Below are positions 61,681-64,000 of a stretch of 64,000 nucleotides of DNA, one piece after another. Under the pieces are notes generated by a model. That model was not told the origin of the DNA and did no database searches. It saw only the letters and a list, made by a program, of their open reading frames with translations. This stretch comes from a bacterium UBP2_UBA2255 (GTDB taxonomy: Bacteria > Edwardsbacteria > AC1 > EtOH8). The stretch's first letter is position 1. Each line of letters opens with the position of its first letter. The DNA lies in NCBI GenBank assembly GCA_002347565.1, contig DDXR01000049.1, positions 42,302 to 106,301 of the forward strand, read 5' to 3'. The position numbers were made by a program, and so were the translations under genes.

Positions 61681-62595
61681 ATGCGTTTAGTCACCCGCTC
61701 CGATTTCGACGGTTTGATCTGCGGCGTCCTGCTGCAGGAGGCCGGCATCGTCGACTCGTCCCTGTTCGTCCACCCCAAGGACGTCCAGGACGGCAAGGTC
61801 GAGGTCACGGCCAACGACGTGCTGGCCAACGTGCCCTACGCCAAGGGCTGCGGCCTGTGGTTCGACCACCACATGTCCGAGGAGGAGCGCGCCGCCTTCC
61901 CCCACGACTTCAAGGGCGCGTCCCTGCCGGCGAAGAGCTGCGCCCGGGTGATCTACGAGTACTACGGCGGCCGGGAGAAATTCCCGCGGTTCGAGGACAT
62001 GCTCAAGGCGGTGGACAAGTCCGACTCCGGCGGCCTGTCGCTGGAGGAGGTGGCCCAGCCCACCGGCTGGCTGCTGCTGGCCTTCCTGATGGACCCGCGC
62101 ACCGGCCTGGGCCGCTTCTCGGACTACCGCATCAGCAACCTGCAGCTGATGCAGGACCTGATGGAGCGATGCCGCACCATGGCGATCGCCGAGATCCTGG
62201 AGCTGCCCGACGTCACGGAGCGGATCAGGCGCTACCGCGAGTCGGAGTGGCTCTACAAGGAGATGATCAAGAGCAACGCCAAGGTCCACGGCAACGTGCT
62301 GGTGGTGGACCTGCGCAACGTGGAGAACATCGCCACCGGCAACCGCTTCGTGGAGTACGGCATGTTCCCGGCCATCAACATCTCGGTGCGGGTGATGTGG
62401 GGCGTCAAGAAGCAGAACGTGGTGTTCGCCGTGGGACACAGCATCCTCAACCGCACCTCCAAGACCAACGTCGGCTCGCTGATGCTGAAGCACAACGGCG
62501 GCGGCCATCCCAAGGTGGGCACCTGCCAGGTGCCGACCGACCAGGCCGACGCGGTGCTGGCCGAGCTGGTCAGGAAGATGAACGCCGACGGCTGA
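61681..62595 (+). CDS. DHH-family phosphoesterase (nanoRNase/pAp-phosphatase or exopolyphosphatase-like)
   Basis: RLVTRSDFDGL, HPKD.QDG, FDHH, GGGH...GTCQ. Confidence 0.87.
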   Translation: MRLVTRSDFDGLICGVLLQEAGIVDSSLFVHPKDVQDGKVEVTANDVLANVPYAKGCGLWFDHHMSEEERAAFPHDFKGASLPAKSCARVIYEYYGGREKFPRFEDMLKAVDKSDSGGLSLEEVAQPTGWLLLAFLMDPRTGLGRFSDYRISNLQLMQDLMERCRTMAIAEILELPDVTERIRRYRESEWLYKEMIKSNAKVHGNVLVVDLRNVENIATGNRFVEYGMFPAINISVRVMWGVKKQNVVFAVGHSILNRTSKTNVGSLMLKHNGGGHPKVGTCQVPTDQADAVLAELVRKMNADG

Positions 62596-62607
62596 GGGGC
62601 CTCCCGA

Positions 62608-62946
62608 ATGACCGGTCCAGACCACGATACTTTCCGCACACTGTACAAGATCGTCGGGGGCCTCGATAAAAAATTCCCCGGCGGGAACGACCCGTTCCGG
62701 ATCTTGTCCCGCCTGATGGAGGAATCCGGGGAACTGGCGAGCGAGATACACCACTTCGAGGGCCTGAAACGCCATCGCCGGCAGGACCCGCCGGACAAGG
62801 GCCATCTCGCGAAGGAGTGCATGGACATCTTCACCGCGGTGCTCCATATCGCGAAGCACTACGGGATCGAAAAAGAGCTGTCCGCCCGGATCGACAAGCA
62901 CTACCGCATGGTCATTTCCGAGGGATTGGTCGAACCTCTTGAATGA
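62608..62946 (+). CDS. MazG-like nucleotide pyrophosphohydrolase domain protein
   Basis: L.RL.EE.GELA..I; L.KE..D......IA..YGI. Confidence 0.72.
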   Translation: MTGPDHDTFRTLYKIVGGLDKKFPGGNDPFRILSRLMEESGELASEIHHFEGLKRHRRQDPPDKGHLAKECMDIFTAVLHIAKHYGIEKELSARIDKHYRMVISEGLVEPLE

Positions 62947-63061
62947 TGTATGTTTTCAGGCTGAACCATGACCACGATACTATGCGGCATTCTATTTCTG
63001 ACGAGCTATCGTTGCATCGCAGCGTAGCGATCGACTGAACGACTACAGATTTGGAACTACA

Positions 63062-63508
63062 ATGGCACCGTTCAACAAGACCAAGAAATTCGGCAAGCCG
63101 TCCTTCAGCCGGCCGGACAGCCGGGCCCCGCGGAAGTTCGGCGCCGGACCGCGCCCGGCGGGCGGGCCCAAACGCTTCGGCGGGGGGCCGCGCGCAGCGG
63201 GCGCCCGGACGTTCGGCAAGCCGCCCTTCGACAAACAGCTGTTCAAGGCCACCTGCGCCAGCTGCGGCAATCCCTGCGAGGTGCCGTTCCGGCCGTCCGG
63301 CGAGAAGCCGGTCTACTGCCGCGACTGTTTCCGCCGGCAGGAGGGCGACGGCCCGGCACGCCCCGCGTTCCGCCGCGACGACGCGCCCCGGCCGATGCGC
63401 CCCGCGTTCCGCCGTCCCGAGCCGGCCGGCCCCGGCAACCTGGAGAAGGAGCTGGAGCGCATCAACCTCAAGCTGGACCGGATCCTGCGGGCACTAGAAG
63501 GCAATTGA
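63062..63508 (+). CDS. CxxC-x17-CxxC zinc-ribbon domain protein
   Basis: ATCASCG..CEVPF.P...KPVYCRDCF; basic Gly/Pro/Arg/Phe-rich flanks; C-terminal IN.KLD.IL coil. Confidence 0.85.
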   Translation: MAPFNKTKKFGKPSFSRPDSRAPRKFGAGPRPAGGPKRFGGGPRAAGARTFGKPPFDKQLFKATCASCGNPCEVPFRPSGEKPVYCRDCFRRQEGDGPARPAFRRDDAPRPMRPAFRRPEPAGPGNLEKELERINLKLDRILRALEGN

Positions 63509-63524
63509 TTCATAAGGAACCGAC

Positions 63525-64000
63525 ATGGACCTGACCACCAAGAAATACCAGAGCATCTCCTACGTCTCCGGGCCGCTGTTGTTCGTCGACAACGCCAAGG
63601 GCCTGTCCTACGGCGCCATCGTCGAGATCGAGCTGCCCGACGGGTCGACCAAGGGCGGCCAGACCATCGAGGTCTCGGAGAAATACGCCGTGATCCAGGT
63701 GTTCGAGGAGACCCGCGGCCTGGACCTGGCCAAGAGCTCGGTGTCCCTCAAGGAGGACGTGGCCCGGATCCCGGTGAGCCGCGACATGATCGGCCGCCGC
63801 TTCAACGGACTGGGCGAGCCCATCGACGGCCTGCCGCCGATCGTGCCCGAGCAGCGCCTGGCCATCATCGGCGAGCCGATGAACCCCACCTCGCGGGCCA
63901 AGCCCGAGGCCTTCATCCAGACCGGCATCTCCACCATCGACGGCTTCGCCACCCTGGTGCGCGGACAGAAGCTGCCGATATTCTCCGGCGCCGGCCTGCC
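63525..64000 (+). CDS. atpB: V/A-type ATP synthase subunit B (3' truncated by window edge)
   Basis: MDLTTKKYQSISYVSGPLLFV...GQ.IEVSE.YAVIQVFEET...FIQTGISTIDG..TLVRGQKLPIFSG.GLP; absent from the supplied ORF track. Confidence 0.96.
   Translation, partial: MDLTTKKYQSISYVSGPLLFVDNAKGLSYGAIVEIELPDGSTKGGQTIEVSEKYAVIQVFEETRGLDLAKSSVSLKEDVARIPVSRDMIGRRFNGLGEPIDGLPPIVPEQRLAIIGEPMNPTSRAKPEAFIQTGISTIDGFATLVRGQKLPIFSGAGL

Overview
GC-rich bacterial chromosome window; every supported protein gene is on the + strand. A FlgD/T9SS-like C-terminal domain on a protease hints at an FCB-related candidate-phylum lineage (inference only). Layout: (1) 1-3.3 kb, the end of an operon with pdp, an SDR, rmlC and an LhgO-like oxidoreductase. 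(2) 3.36-34.2 kb, a ~30 kb surface-polysaccharide locus. It follows a sigma70 promoter and a long structured leader containing an intrinsic terminator. It has two Wzx/Wzy/Wzz sets, a lower-GC sub-block with a decayed glycosyltransferase, and a tailoring set (AsnB-like amidotransferase, methyltransferases, WecD/WecE, FabH+ACP, LbH acyltransferase). (3) 34.3-48.2 kb, housekeeping genes hisC-cmk-plsC-ispH-rpsA, an S8 protease, a stand-alone minus-strand ncRNA (6S candidate), ispG, birA-coaX-rng and tRNA-Leu(GAG). (4) 48.3-64 kb, a Thermus-like V/A-type ATPase operon (G/H-I-K-E-C-F-A-B) heavily interleaved with extra genes: TPR, DnaJ-TPR and roadblock genes upstream; a four-gene membrane module plus two more roadblock-fold genes between C and F; a lipoprotein between F and A; and DHH, MazG-like and zinc-ribbon genes between A and B. 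The best candidate for an undescribed system is the V-ATPase + three roadblock proteins + four-gene membrane module. All family calls come from reading motifs by eye, and no searches were run.
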